Shown: piece after piece, positions 38,101 to 50,794 of the stretch
How the letters are laid out: each line of letters begins with the position of its first letter
Position numbering within the stretch: the first letter of the stretch is position 1
Origin: Lytechinus pictus
Lineage: Eukaryota
Direction: 5' to 3'
DNA: 60,000 bases
NCBI RefSeq assembly: GCF_037042905.1
Contig: NC_087250.1
Location: 17,486,001 to 17,546,000 of the forward strand
Notes under the pieces: generated by a model
Databases searched by the model: none
The model's input: the letters and a program-made list of their open reading frames with translations, nothing else
Told to the model about the DNA's origin: nothing
Translations under genes and position numbers: made by a program

Positions 38101-38956
38101 GTTAGCATCTCAAAAATATCTCTTTTCCTGCAAAATTGAATTTAAATTTTTCTTTAATATAATAATGATAATAATTATAATGGCACATTTACCCAGGGTA
38201 GCCACTTCAGTACCAAAAACTGTTCTCCCAGTTATTATTATTACCTGGCTAATGATAAAGTTTATTTTCCAATTAATCCTGCTAAGATTTGCTGATTTTT
38301 CTAGATTGCTTTTAAATACCCATTTGGTGAAATAGTTTGGTGTTATGTATATGGTATCTTGCATTTTAGTCTAATACTAACTCAAATAAGGGTTTGCAGG
38401 TTGATTATTGGCTTTCTATAGAAACATCCACCACTATTTTTGTTACACAAGAATCTACTGTATTTAGTTTGTTCACCTGTCCCAAGCAGGTGTGTCTTTC
38501 ATGCATTTTTTCCCGGGGTAGAATGCATTAAAAACATGTATCTTTCAACTTTTTTTTGTAAAAGGAAAAAAAAAGACTTCATATTATGAAGAGAGATAAG
38601 TTGAATTTTTTTTTTTTTTTTTTTGGGGGGGGAAGTGACACTAAATATGACTTTTGAAACTTGTAAGTATGATGATGGGGGGGGGGGTTATTTAAAAAAT
38701 AATCGGATTTGATATTTCAAAATAGGATAAAAAGAAATAAAGAATAGGATTTTTTCACAAGTAAGGTTGCCAGCTCTGTTACAGTTTTAATCTGATGGTT
38801 TCTTTCAGGACAACTCGCAATAAATAAGATAGAAATAGATTGGAGTGGAACCCAAATTTGATCAAAACCACTGGGTGATGTGTAAATTGTTCATTCTAAG
38901 TTTCGACAGCGCTTTTCTTTACTGTAAGTGCACATTTATGACTTTTATTTTTTCAG

Positions 38957-39043
38957 ATTGAAGCTGAAGATGTTGGACCTCTTTCAAAGATTCGAATCGG
39001 CCATGACGGAGCTGGGCGGTTTGCCGGATGGTTTCTAGATAGG
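38957..39043 (+). CDS. LOXHD1: LOXHD1-like exon 22 (PLAT 8)
   Basis: [29 protein letters not shown]; phase 0-0. Confidence 0.92.
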
Positions 39044-39587
39044 GTGAGTATTCATTAATCTGTGTATGTTCCTCAAATTGGCAACTCCTGTTATTTTTAA
39101 TAAAGAGCTGATATGGCTATATCACCATTTAAAATGAATCATAAAAGCAAAATTACAACATAAAGATGCCAATTTGCATTTTTGGTCAATTAAAATGAAT
39201 GAAAAAGCAAAATATCAATAGAAAAATGTCAATTTGCCATTTTGACCGATTGGGGTACATCTTTTTTAAGAATAAGATTATTCTATTTCTGCTACTCAAT
39301 TGGCAACAACCAGTAATGTGTTATTCATTTTCATACTGTTAGAAAGTTGAACATGAATGTGAAATAAGATAAAGATAGTTATAATAGAAAAAAAAATTAA
39401 AAAATTGCTAATTTGCATATTTCTTGTACTAGTGTATATATATATATAAACAAGCTACAAATATAAGCAAATCTACTTATAATCATTATTAGGATGGCAT
39501 AAACTTTGATTTGAAATCCGTACCTAACATTGCAGAAGGCCAAAATGTGCATTTAACTCTCCCTCTCTTTTTTTCTTCAATTTGTAG

Positions 39588-39882
39588 GTAATCATTGACA
39601 GGTTCCCGCCCAAAAAGAAGAAGAAAAAGCACTCGAAATCCAAACCCAAGTCCAAATCAAAACGGAGAGAGCGCTGGAGCGATGAAGAAGAAGACGACAA
39701 CAGCTATGACAAGGATGACAAAAGTTCGGTTTCTGACGGATCGAACGATCCACCGGAAACGGACAAGTGCATCTTTATTTGTAATCGTTGGCTGGCAAGG
39801 AGTGAGGATGATGGGCAGATTGTTAGAGAGTTGGTACCGACGGATGAACACGGCAAGTTGCTCAGGAGAAACTCACTTTCAT
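39588..39882 (+). CDS. LOXHD1: LOXHD1-like exon 23 (PLAT 8, with charged insertion)
   Basis: [17 protein letters not shown]...[22 protein letters not shown]; phase 0-1. Confidence 0.9.
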
Positions 39883-39885
39883 GTA

Positions 39886-40355
39886 AGTATGGATAGATGG
39901 ATGGAGGTATGGATGGATGGAGGTATGGATGGGTGGATGGATGGATGGATGGAGGTATGGATGGATGGATGGAAGGAAGGATTGTTGGATGGATAGAGGG
40001 AAGAAGGATGGATGGATCGATGAATGGATGGATGGAAGGATTGTTGAATGGATAGAGGGAGGAAGGATGGATGGATGGATGGATGGATGGATGGATGGAT
40101 GGATGGATGGATGGATGGATGGATGGATGGATGGATGGATGGATGGATGGATGGATGGATGGATTGTTGGATGGATGGAGTGAGGAAGGATGGATGGATG
40201 GATGGATGGATGGATGGATGGATGGATGGATGGATGGATGGATTGTTGGATGGATGGATTGTTGGATAGATGGATGGATAGAGGGAGGAAGGAAGGATGG
40301 ATGGATGGATTGTTGGATGGATGGAGGGAGGGAGGGAGGGATGGATTGATGGATA
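39886..40355 (+). repeat. (GGAT)n microsatellite
   Basis: Directly visible. Confidence 0.95.
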
Positions 40356-40665
40356 GATACAATAAGTTATAAAATAAGAAAATAAGTAAAAAGTAGATCA
40401 TGTTAATTGGTACATAGATGGAACGAAAGACGGCCATGTGTATGTATGTGTGTTATTGGATTTTTACAGACATGTAGCAATCACAAGTGATTATTAACGT
40501 CTGCGACCAACCTGCACATCACCATTCAAAAACGTGACCAGGGCTCGAACTTCGAATGAAAATACCTTTAGTACCAACATGTGCATGTTTCTTAAACATG
40601 TATTAGAAAATTATTAAGAATGATGAAAACTAAAAAAAAATCACTTGCATTTGTTTTTGTTGCAG

Positions 40666-40820
40666 TGAGTACGTACAAAGTACACATCTACACTGGTGAT
40701 ATATTCCAGGCCGGTACTGATGCTAACGTTTTTATTAATGTATACGGTGAGAAGGGAGACACGGGAGAGAGGAGTATGAAGGACTCAGAGACTAATATGA
40801 ACAAATTTGAACGTGGTCAG
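40666..40820 (+). CDS. LOXHD1: LOXHD1-like exon 24 (PLAT 9)
   Basis: STYKVHIYTGDIFQAGTDANV; phase 1-0. Confidence 0.92.
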
Positions 40821-40928
40821 GTAAGTTTCTGTATAAAAATATGAAATGTCGCTGCCATGATATTTGACGATTAGAATTTTGTCATAGTAAGATTGGTGTA
40901 TGTATTAACCAATGATTGTGACCTGATG

Positions 40929-41095
40929 AGTGTTTCATAAAGCTGTTTGTAAGTTAAGAGCGACTTTAAGAACGACTGGTGATCCTTTCCTTTGGTAAAT
41001 GGTATATTCATTGGCGATGGTTTAGCGCGCAAGAAGGATCACCAGACGTTCTTAAAGTCGCTCTTAACTTACGAACAGCTTTATGAAACGACCCC
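40929..41095. mobile_element. Short palindromic MITE
   Basis: TTTCATAAAGCTGTT.GTAAGTTAAGAGCGACTTTAAGAACG mirrored by CGTTCTTAAAGTCGCTCTTAACTTAC.AACAGCTTTATGAAA. Confidence 0.7.
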
Positions 41096-41204
41096 CTATC
41101 GATCCATTTGTCGACAATAATTCGCACAAGAAGGCCTACTGGATTGAATGTAGAAGGCACTGAGATATTCAAACAGTGTGAAGAAAACAAGGTTTGAAGT
41201 TTGA

Positions 41205-41445
41205 GTTTTGGGGTTCAAACCCCAGCCATGGCGTTGTTTCCTTCAGCAAGAAATTAATCCACATTGTGCTGCACTCAACCCAGGTGAGGTGAATGGGTAC
41301 CTGGCAGGAATTTATTCCTTGAAATGCCGAGCGCGTGAAAGCTGCTTGAGCTACAGCAGGGGTAATAATATCCAAGTCCTTTGGAAGGGCATAGAGATGC
41401 TATTCATAATGTGTTATGCGCTATACAAGAACTGACTATTATTAT
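41205..41445 (+). mobile_element. SINE family 1, partial
   Basis: B box and core homologous to 5662-5931. Confidence 0.7.
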
Positions 41446-41612
41446 TTTGAAATTTTGGATCCCCCCTCCTCCCTCGGATCGTCCACGACAAAAATCAACA
41501 TGCACATTTATAAAATTATGCTGATTAATGCATGATGTAAACTGTGAAAAGAGAATGAAATCCTGAGAACAAGTTAGCTTGTGTGAAAACAGACCCATAC
41601 TTCATCTCTGTG

Positions 41613-41865
41613 TGGAGGCGTCGTGGTCTAGTGGTTATGACTCTTGTCTTTCAATCAGAGGGACGTGGGTTCGATTCCCAGGCATGGCGTGTTTTCTTTC
41701 AGCAAGAAAATTAACCCACATCGTACTGAGGTGAATGGGTGCCCGATAGGAAGAAATTCCTTGAATGCTTCAGCGCATACCAGCACAGCTAAAGTTAATA
41801 AGAGCAGCTGTTTGTATCCTCGGGCAAAAAGCGCTTTATAAATCCAGCTATTATTAATATTATTA
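41613..41865 (+). mobile_element. SINE family 1
   Basis: GGAGGCGTCGTGGTCTAGTGG...GGTTCGATTCCC head, core and ATT tail. Confidence 0.7.
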
Positions 41866-41903
41866 TCTGACCCATATTTCATCCTTCTCTCGTACTATAT
41901 CAG

Positions 41904-42037
41904 GAGGATGTCTTCTCAATAGAAGCCGCCGATCTCGGAGCTTTGAAGAAGATGAAGATTCGCCATGACAACGCCAACGTTGGCTCTGATTGGTTCCTTG
42001 ATAGAGTGGAAGTAGAAGATCCAAAGAAAAATACAAG
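41904..42037 (+). CDS. LOXHD1: LOXHD1-like exon 25 (PLAT 9)
   Basis: EDVFSIEAADLGALKKMKIRHDN; phase 0-2. Confidence 0.92.
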
Positions 42038-42601
42038 GTAAAAACAATAAACAGGTTGTGATTGGGAATTCCTGTGCCTTATACACATAATTTATATGGA
42101 ATTGGCTCTTTGGAAATACACTGGTCAGTAATCTGGAGTTCAGTTTATTTAGATCATGGTCTAACTCTCTGCCAAAGTTATTGGAAGCCAAAAATGTCTT
42201 CATTTTGTTTACATTTTTTTTCTTATGTTTACTGTGGTCTTTCCTCATTCTTTAAAGGTGAAGACAACTGTCTTGTATTTTGTAGAAAGTTGAATGATTT
42301 GAACACACCCTATGATCACTCATGTCTCTATTCACACTTGATTTTAATCCTGTATAGATACTTCTTCCCATGCCAGTGACAGCTAGCTACATGTAGCTAG
42401 CTACAAAACATACTACAATTATACTATGATTACACATCCTATGTACAGTATTTATGTCTCTGTTCACACTTTATTTTAATCCTGATCTATTCCCCTGCCC
42501 ATGAAGGTTAGTTACAAACTGTGATATACATTATGTATATATTTGAACACATCCTATGATTATTCATTTCTCTATGCACACTTGATTGTAATCCTGCACA
42601 G

Positions 42602-42759
42602 ATACTACTTTCCCTGTCAGCGATGGCTAGCTACAAACCGTGATGACGGCCAAATCGCTCGTGAGTTGATCCCCGTCGATAAAGACGTGATAAACAGAGC
42701 TCTGCAGAGGAAGAAATCATCAACATCAATCAGAGAAGATATTGGTCTGGAACTCAAAT
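42602..42759 (+). CDS. LOXHD1: LOXHD1-like exon 26 (PLAT 9)
   Basis: [24 protein letters not shown]; phase 2-1. Confidence 0.92.
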
Positions 42760-43545
42760 GTAAGTGATAAACATGAATACCAGTGATGGTAGCAATTTAA
42801 AAAATAACGTTTGAACAAAATCCTATATAGCGACCACCCAAGCATTTGTATGTACACCTGTACATACATACATTTTGACATTCATTGCGCTTTCTAATTT
42901 AATATGCTCAAAGCGTTTAAAAATGTAAAATACCAATCGATGATTCTACTCTCCAAGTGCTTACGATATGAAAAGTTGATATAGATTAAGTAAAAAGGAT
43001 GTTCACTTGTTTTTCAATAATTATACTAACTAGCATGAACATATACTGCGTTGGAACCTATTCCAAATACTAGGATCAGTGGAAGATTTGTATTGTTAAC
43101 CTTTCTTAGAGTTCATTTTAGGAACTCACACTTGTGTAAGTGTAAAATATGTTCCAAATGATTCCGGTTGAACATATGTAATTACTGAGAAATTAACAAA
43201 ATATGCATTATATTGTAACCAGATGTAAGGCTATTTTCAAGCAATAATGATACACATTTCCGCTTGTGCTTTTCTGTGTTGGATATCTTCAGTGTGATTC
43301 TTTTTCCATCTTGAATTAGATTAAAGATTAAATTAGTTTAAGATTAATTTATTTTATCACAAATCAATTCTAAACATTTTATTTTAAAAAAAGTCTTTCA
43401 TTATATCACAAAGATGATGATATGGGACAATTAAACTTGATCTAAAAAGCTTACTCACGAAATCATTGTTTGCTGCCAAGACTGAGTAGTATCATGTTTA
43501 TCATCAAGTACGTGTATATGACTGTTTTCTCTTTGTTTTCCGTAG

Positions 43546-43759
43546 CTACAATGCAAACGTTCAACATCTCAGTAACGACTTGTGACGAGCGCGGCGCGGG
43601 AACGGACGCCAACGTCTACATCACCCTCTACGGGGAGAACGGCGATACCGGTAAAAACTTCCTGAAATCATCCAAGACGTACCGTGACAAATTTGAGAGG
43701 GGGCATACGGATGAGTTTGTCGTTGAGGCCGTGGATATTGGGGAGCTGGAGAAGATAAG
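43546..43759 (+). CDS. LOXHD1: LOXHD1-like exon 27 (PLAT 10)
   Basis: [27 protein letters not shown]; phase 1-2. Confidence 0.92.
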
Positions 43760-44423
43760 GTAGATATCGCTTTCAGTGTCCTTAAACGCAAAGTTGGCGA
43801 TTGATCGTACAACTGATTTTCACGATTGATAGTGCATAGTTTTCAATGCTATCAATCATAAAAAAATTGGTCTGTGATCAGTCGCTGTGTGCTGTGTTAC
43901 GGTGCCCTGGTCTAGTCTTTAAGTACTAAAATAGTTCATTTTTTACCAAGAATGCAACATTTTAATATCTGATCTAATAAGACATGCTTGTGAAAATGGT
44001 TACATGTACTGTAACTAGATATGTTTTTTGTACTCTTTGCAAAGTCCGTACTTGATTCTTAAGTAAAGATCAAATTTATACCAGAATTCATATTCCCTTT
44101 ACCAGTTGTTGTATGAAAGGGTATTTCAAGACTATTGATAAAGCACTGCACTTTGATTTTGCTTATCCTGGCAAAAGTTATGGAATTTGTGTAATTATTT
44201 TCAGAAGTAGAGATTTAAGGTAGATTTAAGGTAAATCCAAGCTGGAAACTAACCACACTGAAGGTCACCACCACAGATAAGCTTATGTGGGATAGTGTGT
44301 TATTAAGGGCAAACATCAGGAAAAACTTTCTGTGGCTTTGCATTTGACTACGCTAATAGTACAAACTTCATCCAGACTCGAAATGGCTCTTAATCCTGCT
44401 GTTATTTCTGTTAACCATTGTAG

Positions 44424-44608
44424 AATTGGTCATGACAACAAGGGAGGCTTCGCCGGCTGGAAACTAGAGAAGGTAGAAATAGATGCCCCCTCGCTTGGTA
44501 AGCGTTGGTGTTTCCCTTGCGGTCGTTGGCTTGACAAGTCATCGGACGATGGCCAGATAGAGAGAGAGCTCTTGCCGGTTGAATCAAGGATGGAGGAATA
44601 TGAAAAAC
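44424..44608 (+). CDS. LOXHD1: LOXHD1-like exon 28 (PLAT 10)
   Basis: IGHDNKGGFAGWKLEKV...FPCGRWLD; phase 2-1. Confidence 0.92.
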
Positions 44609-44749
44609 GTAAGTTAACTGATACAATTTTGATAAAAAAAATTGTTTTGATTTACTGGAGGGAGGGTAGTACTCGGTGTTCAGGTGCGATCTCTGTGGAA
44701 TGTGTCTTGAAATTACTTGTTGGATATTTAATCCGACAAAATCATTATT

Positions 44750-45098
44750 ATTATTGTTACTTGTTTGGTGTCACCTGTGCCTGGGAGATGAAAAGCGAAC
44801 TGAATCACTATGACCCGCCGATCTCTCCTGATGTAAGTGTATAAGTGATTGGGGGAGTGCATGTGGACCAATTCTGCAGTGGGTCCTTAATGTGCATAGC
44901 TGGTGACTCTCCTCTACTCGGGACCTTCATTTAACATCCTCTCCAAGGGGGAGAATGTTTTCCTCTGTAACATAGCCTGCATCTATGGAACAGAGGAGAG
45001 ACGTTTACACACAATGCAGGCTTCAGTCAGCCGCCTTGGTTGGACTTGAACCCACGATCCTTGGTGCGACAGGCAGACGCTTTACTGACTGAGTCATA
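44750..45098 (-). mobile_element. tRNA-derived SINE (another family)
   Basis: Minus-strand head TGACTCAGTCAGTAAAGCG...GGTTCAAGTCC and (AAT)n tail. Confidence 0.55.
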
Positions 45099-45652
45099 AA
45101 GTATGTTTTATCCGACAAGATACCGCAAGAACTGTGCTTCCCAGTCTGTCAAATTTGACAAAATTTGTCGGATTTAAAACTTGTTAGACAAAAGATGCTT
45201 AGGTTGTCAAAATCATCACTTGATATATCTGATTTTGATTGGTCAAAGTTGCTTACCTAATTTTCAGATTCTTTCTTTGCTAATTTTAACCCCTAGATGC
45301 AGACAGAGTACACGATAAGAGTGTGTACAATGTTCTTCATGTTGGTGTAAACCTGCAGATATCAAATTCAAGAATGAATGTCCAGGGCTCCGTAACACAA
45401 AGGTTTGCGATGAATCGCAAATATGAAAGAACCGCACTGATTGGTCCCTGGTCAGTATTTTAAACCTAATGCGCGTGTAACATTGATATTGATTGGTCAG
45501 TCCATTTAGCGATTGATCGTTAATCTTTGTGTTACAGAGCCCAGAATACTCTTTATGATATGGGAAAATTAAATCAAATATGTTTATCGTAGGATTGTAG
45601 TCCAAAGTTAACTACATTCAAATCATAATTAAATCTTTCTCCTTTCTTTCAG

Positions 45653-45831
45653 ATGTCCCTTATGAGGTAACAGTCTTCACCAGTGATGTGAGCGGAGCCG
45701 GGACAGACGCTGATGTTTTTATTGTCCTGTATGGACGAGAGGTTGTTACAACTCAGAAGAGTCTCTGTGACAATAAGAAGAAACGGAAGGAGTGCTTCGA
45801 GAGGAATTGTGAAGACATGTTTGTTGTGGAG
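45653..45831 (+). CDS. LOXHD1: LOXHD1-like exon 29 (PLAT 11)
   Basis: VPYEVTVFTSDVSGAGTDADVFIVLYG; phase 1-0. Confidence 0.92.
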
Positions 45832-46365
45832 GTGAGGTTATCTATTTTATGATTACAATAATTATACTTGCTTATAGAGCACTTAACAATTACTTTATCA
45901 GAAGTCCCTAAGTGCTTTATAGTAATGTAGAATGATTACTCTGGATTTAGTAGAGCAGCTGTTCACAAATAAGTGCTGAAGGAAATTGACACCCGGGGTA
46001 TGTTTTGAATCCGCAAACCATTGATTAATAAACAGGAGTCAGAACCACTACACCATGATGTTACCTTATGGAATAGGAATATACCATTCTTAGTCAAACT
46101 GTGAAATTAAAAATAAAGTAATATTCTCATCGTGAATTAAATTGAGGAAGAATTTATCTAAATGTGGTTGGAAAATGATGTCAATCAGTGTATGCTGTAA
46201 AATTTTGGAATCGCCTAAATGATCAGTAATTAATTGTATTTCACTTTGAGTCACATTTTCCATCTTAAATCGTGTATTGCTTCCCCTTTTTCTTTCCTGC
46301 ACCATATAATTCATAGACAGAATTTTCTTTAATCACTTCTTGTTTTCTCTTTTCCTCCACCATAG

Positions 46366-46482
46366 CTTGAAGATGTTGGCGATACCATTGAGAAGCTGAG
46401 GATTGGGCATGACAATGCTGGTTTCGGGGCTGCTTGGCATCTTAACAAAGTAGAGATCAGGAAGCTCCTTGATGGCAAAAGG
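46366..46482 (+). CDS. LOXHD1: LOXHD1-like exon 30 (PLAT 11)
   Basis: LEDVGDTIEKLRIGHDNAGFGAAWHLNKV; phase 0-0. Confidence 0.92.
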
Positions 46483-46947
46483 GTAAGTTATACTCATCCA
46501 CCTTAGCTTGAAGATGTTGGCGATACTATTGAGAGGTTTAGGATAGGGCATGATAATACTTTGTTGTAAAACGTCTATTACATGTCTTCCTATGCAAATG
46601 ATAATATTAATAAGAATGGAAAAAATAATCATTATATTAATAATAAAATAAACCCCTGTTCTATGGATAGACTTGATGAAAGTGGCAATTTAAGTAAAAT
46701 ATGTTATGAATTTGGGAGTTGCACAAGTGTGACATCACTCATGTTCGTCACATTGTCAATTTGAGGATTCCCCCATCATTCAGGATCCCAACATTCTAAT
46801 GCTCATAACTTTCTATGATTCTTCAATTTTTCTCAAACTTTCATTGATTTGATTCTCTGATTTTACTGTTTTTGCACAAGTTATCTTTATTTCCAGGGCT
46901 GCATTCTCCTTTAATATACTTTATTTTTCCATTATTGTTCTGAGCAG

Positions 46948-47107
46948 GGTTCTAGGACCTACGTCTTCCCGTGCAACCGCTGGTTCTCAAGGAAGGAAGA
47001 TGACGGGGAGATCATCAGGGAGCTGGTCCCGGACCAGGTCACGGAGGAGAAGACCAAGAAAGATGGAACAACCAAGACCAAAGAGATCAAACAAAATACA
47101 CTCACAA
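46948..47107 (+). CDS. LOXHD1: LOXHD1-like exon 31 (PLAT 11)
   Basis: GSRTYVFPCNRWFSRKEDDGEIIRELVP; phase 0-1. Confidence 0.92.
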
Positions 47108-47429
47108 GTAAGATTGTTATTTTTTAAGTCTTTTCATGATATGACTTAAGGTGTGCAATATTTGCTCATGTGACTTTGAGTACACAAACCCAAACAGGTA
47201 CAGCCAAGAGTAAACAAATGTGAGCAAAACAATTGTCAATTGTGGTAGCTTCAAAAGAACAATGTAGCTTTAAATGTCTTTGAATAAATGTATATTTGTG
47301 TTTGTGAATTTTTAGTATCCTTTAAAAAAACAAATTTCTGTACTGTGATTATATTCTATTCAATTTAATTATGTAGCTATCAGACTTTCTCAGAAATCAA
47401 CAATGGTAATTTCTTATTTTCTATTTCAG

Positions 47430-47584
47430 AGCGTCAGTACAGATTGCTTGTGTATACGGGGGATACGTTCCGTGCTGGGACTGACGCAAACGTTTTCATC
47501 ACGGTCTTTGGTGAGAACGGGGATAGCGGAGAGAGACAACTCAGAAACTCAGAGAGTTACAGCGACAAGTTTGAAAGAGGACAT
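47430..47584 (+). CDS. LOXHD1: LOXHD1-like exon 32 (PLAT 12)
   Basis: RQYRLLVYTGDTFRAGTDANV; phase 1-0. Confidence 0.92.
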
Positions 47585-48175
47585 GTAAGTCGGTTTAACT
47601 GTTCCATTTTAGAAGGATTTGAAGGAAAAAAATGGATTGAGTACACTGGAATACACCCCAGGGAGTGGAGAAAGTGCATACATTATGTGCATTCAAGCAA
47701 GAATTTAATGATTGAGAGAAATAATGTATTTTTCAAATCTTTAATAGAGAGATCATCTGACTTATTGAGTATTTGGGACATTATTGAAAGGGAGCTTTCG
47801 CAGCAGCTACACAGACGCCTTCTGGAAGGAAGAAAGTCTATTGTCAATTGCCCTTCACGACAATCAATAAAGTCTTTGTCGAGGGTCTGTGAATTGAAAC
47901 AGCAGTTTTTGTCAGGGACTTTGGACAAACAACATTTGAGATCTTTTGTCTGCTCTGAAACGTCGATTCACCGACCCTCAACAAAGACGTCATTGTGATT
48001 TGATTTGCATTTTCAATGCATTAGCTGCTATGGAGGATTCATTCCGTGTCACTGAGAGATAACGCGCTAATATTGTTTGTTACTACTGCATTTGTGTGAA
48101 ATTAATGTTATGAAAATGCTGTTGTTTGCAAATGAATATGAATAATGAAGATTTATTGACGATTGAATCTTTCAG

Positions 48176-48382
48176 TGTGATAAGTTCACCATCGAAGCTG
48201 TCGACCTCGGCAAACCCTTCAAGGTCAAGATTCGTCATGACAACTCGGGGTTCAACGCAGCCTGGTTCTTGGATAGGGTGGAGGTGATCGATGATGATAA
48301 CGAGACTTATCAATTCCACTGCGAGAGATGGCTTAGTAAGAAGAAGGATGATGGGAAATTGGAGAGGTCATTGTATGTCAAG
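48176..48382 (+). CDS. LOXHD1: LOXHD1-like exon 33 (PLAT 12)
   Basis: CDKFTIEAVDLGKPFKVKIRHDNSG...HCERWLS; phase 0-0. Confidence 0.92.
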
Positions 48383-48944
48383 GTGAGAGGTCAAAAGTCA
48401 TTGAATTTCACACTTCTGTGATGTGTCAATTATACATGCTAATGTTACTTTGGTGAAGATCTGTGTGTATGCGAGGTGTTACAGTTGTTCTTCAAATATC
48501 TGAGGCAGGAAGAGAAATAGGATGAGAATTGAGGTGAATGTGGGGGTGCATCAAGGTTCTGTACTGTCACCATTCTTATTTGCAGTAATGGTTATGAGGT
48601 TATAAAGAGTACAGGGGGCAATTGATGGGGGAGATGTTCAGGAACCTATCAGAAATCATATTAACTTTCAATCGTAAATCTTTCTTTATGGGGCCCTATT
48701 CCTTCTTGTGTTGGTTATTTTAAAAAGGAAGGAGGAAGAGAGGGAGAAAAAAGAAAGAAAGGAAGAAAGAAAAAAAGAACAAATTAATGATTGGCGAGTG
48801 AATCAATATTTTTGACTGATGGTTGCATTGACTAACTAACTACCTTACTGACTAATATATGATGAACTAATTGACTAACCAGCTGACTGATTGAATGAGC
48901 GAATCATTATAAGAAAATCATAAAAATTTTCATCTACGTTTTAG

Positions 48945-49095
48945 GGATATGATGGGGACATGTCCAGTACCAGTACCCTAAACACCCTTCACAGAAGCAA
49001 ATCATCAAGTTCGTTGAAATCAAACTCCTCTGACAGCCCTCGACAGCTCACCAGGAAGAAATCAATGCTGGAAATGCCCGAGTTCGATGGACCTA
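48945..49095 (+). CDS. LOXHD1: LOXHD1-like exon 34 (Ser-rich linker)
   Basis: GYDGDMSSTSTLNTLHRSKSSSSLKS...; phase 0-1, required to keep the frame. Confidence 0.88.
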
Positions 49096-49170
49096 GTAAG
49101 TTCAAGTGATTTCATTTGAATCATCAATAATAATAACAAAGATGATATTGATAATAACTGGATGTACATA

Positions 49171-49461
49171 GGCCCATATTCTGAACTCGGGTTTAAAGTT
49201 GTGGTTTAACTATGGAGAGCCAATTGGGGTTCAAAACCCAAAGAGTACACATCCAATTAATTCATATGATGCCCAAATTGTCTGGGAATGATAACTGAAG
49301 TATTTTGAAGTATTTTTCATCATTATGAAAGCAAAAGGAAAAAAAAATAGTAAACATAAGAAATACACAATATAAACAGAATTTTGAATTTTTGGCTCCC
49401 CATAATTTTAGCACAGAGTTAGACCATGGTCTAAGTTAAACCTGACTTCAGAATACGGGCC
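49171..49461. mobile_element. GGCCC-ended MITE
   Basis: GGCCCATATTCTGAA ... TTCAGAATACGGGCC. Fragments also near 12100-12640 and 26940-27015. Confidence 0.65.
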
Positions 49462-49494
49462 AAAGAGTTCTTTTTGCCTGAGGATTCAAAGCGC

Positions 49495-49835
49495 AACTAT
49501 TATTACCCTGGGTTAAGCTTGAGCTATGGCTTTTTTAGCAGTGCCCAGTGCATTCAAGGAATTAATACAACCAGGGACCTGTTGCGTAAAACTTTTGCTA
49601 TAAACAAAAACTCTGGCAAACAAAACTATGACATTGACACTTGACACATTGAAAATCTCTGGCACAAAATTGCCAGTTTTTCTTTTATGCAACAGGTAGC
49701 AGGTACCCATTCAACTCACCTTGATAGAGCACAGCATAGTGAATGAATATTTTGCTGAAGGAAAACACGCAATAGCTAGGATTTGAACCCTAGACCCTCT
49801 GAAAGATGAGAGTGAGAACCACTAGACCACAATGC
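49495..49835 (-). mobile_element. SINE family 1, degenerate, with an internal insertion
   Basis: Head and core homologous to 5662-5931, interrupted at ~49570-49695. Confidence 0.55.
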
Positions 49836-50242
49836 TATCACTGTGTTGTGGAGTAATGTAGCCCTGTGAATTATTCTCTGGACTAAAAAATAGAATTGTG
49901 GGTTTGAATCCAAGTCATAGCATTTAAAGTTCAATATTGGATAATAATAATAACTCAAGCTCATATAGTGCCTGAATTAAAATGCATTAATCTCTCGGTG
50001 CTTTACAGAAAACAGGTAGGTACAAATAGATATAACATAATAAAATACTGTGTAGAGTTTCTGGCCAAAAAATAAGCAGTTTAAGACCTTTGATTAAAGA
50101 TTTGCAGTCAAAAGTCTTTTCAAGCATAAATTAGTGTAATTAACTAGTTAAGAATAAAATTATATTTTTATATTTACTTTTATTTATATTTATTTATTTT
50201 ATTTTTATATATATGATTATATTTTTCTTGTGATCTTTGCAG

Positions 50243-50347
50243 CTATCCCATATACCATCAAACTTACGACAGGGTCTGAGGTGGACATGGGTACAGAAGC
50301 TAACATTTTTGTTACCATCATCGGCTCAAAGAAGAAGAAGACAACAG
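50243..50347 (+). CDS. LOXHD1: LOXHD1-like exon 35 (PLAT 13)
   Basis: IPYTIKLTTGSEVDMGTEANIFVTIIG; phase 1-1. Confidence 0.9.
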
Positions 50348-50794
50348 GTAAGATGTACATCATTCATTCTATAACCCCGTATTCTGAAACGCTAGTCTCA
50401 GGTTGTGGTTTTAAATGTTTTAAGTCTTAAAACACAGTGAAGATATACATATACATACATACATATCATCTGTTAATTTCAGGTTGTTACTGTAGGTTTA
50501 TGGAATGTGTATTTTAAAACAATAATTTTTTAAATCATCGACTGAACTACCATGCCTGTACACAGCGGGGGTCAGGTTTTAAAACTTAACATATTTCTAC
50601 TGAAAATTCTCACAAAATTCACCAATAGTGTGTGCAAAATTCCTTCAATTTCACTTTATAGCCCCCCAATGACAAGCGAGGTCACTTCGCTCCGTCGCTT
50701 TTTAGTTTTTTTCGGAAAAGTTTACACGTCCTGCCCCCTCCCCAGCAAAAAGTTCTGTGTACGGGCCTGTGAACCACGCAGTAATCTTGCCAAG

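Noticed and set aside
47585..47998. ORF extension beyond exon 32 and overlapping minus-strand ORF
   Set aside because: Read-through past a canonical donor. The sequence may be a very decayed LINE end but could not be assigned.
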